From positions 1-64,000 of IMG/VR virus record IMGVR_UViG_3300037183_000141: DNA of 64,000 nt. One strand, written 5' to 3'. Below the pieces are notes generated by a model, which saw only the letters and a list, made by a program, of their open reading frames with translations, was not told where the DNA came from and did not search any database. Both the position numbers and the translations under genes were made by a program. The DNA is from a virus. Its lineage: Duplodnaviria; Caudoviricetes. This document shows positions 63,833 to 64,000 of this stretch, in pieces. Numbering within the stretch: position 1 is the stretch's first letter; the number at the start of each line of letters is the position of its first letter.

Positions 63833-64000
63833 ATGAAGACGTTCTTTCTCGCACTGACACTCTGCCTCGCCGCATGCGGCCCCGCCGTCGAGCACCCGCA
63901 CCCGCACCTCCCCACGGACACGCCGCGCTGCCCGGACGCGTGCGCGCACCTGAGGGAGCTGAAGTGCGACGAGGGGCAGCCTCTCGCTGACGGGACCACC
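63833..64000 (+). CDS. Putative lipoprotein, partial (runs off the right edge)
   Basis: MKTFFLALTLCLAAC lipobox followed by Cys-rich sequence. Confidence 0.6.
   Translation, partial: MKTFFLALTLCLAACGPAVEHPHPHLPTDTPRCPDACAHLRELKCDEGQPLADGTT

Noticed and set aside
1-64000. tRNA, rRNA, CRISPR arrays, IS elements, alternative genetic code
   Set aside because: None recognisable by eye; intergenic gaps are mostly too short. Conserved genes end at TAA, TAG and TGA at expected positions, so no recoding is indicated. tRNAscan/Infernal were not run

Overview
The window is part of a large, GC-rich bacteriophage (jumbo-phage-like) genome: genes are tightly packed, there are no rRNA, tRNA or CRISPR features, and no cellular housekeeping operons. 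From 1 to 37.4 kb, almost entirely on the minus strand, lies a replication/recombination module. It holds a 5'-3' exonuclease, a NusG-like factor, DnaX/HolA/HolB clamp-loader subunits, a beta clamp, a Toprim primase, SbcD plus only the C-terminal half of SbcC, a PD-(D/E)XK nuclease, RecD2, class Ia NrdAB, sigma-like proteins, and an NAD-dependent ligase split into two divergent genes. From 37.4 to 64 kb, on mixed strands, lie nucleotide-metabolism and accessory genes. These include a PurZ-type adenylosuccinate-synthetase paralogue, ThyX, two HAD deoxynucleotidases, CYTH, a dNMP kinase, a DHH phosphoesterase, a Tad2-like protein, a helicase, Nth, peptidoglycan hydrolases and a papain-like protease. 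Several AT-richer islands carry HNH, AP2, LAGLIDADG and Vsr-like homing endonucleases. Strongest unexpected signals: (1) eight unrelated accessory proteins between 44 and 58 kb end in the same C-terminal tag, x-V-M/L-[ENDT]-[STAE]-stop; (2) a PurZ (2-aminoadenine pathway) gene in a phage with a Pol III-type replisome and no recognisable datZ/mazZ in the window; (3) the split, divergently encoded DNA ligase; (4) about 20 genes with a TAnnnT -10 box 5-8 nt before the start codon (leaderless expression); (5) a recurring A-x-R-[VLI]-A helix motif and a candidate late-promoter motif in putative virion genes. All family assignments come from motif recognition by eye, not database searches.
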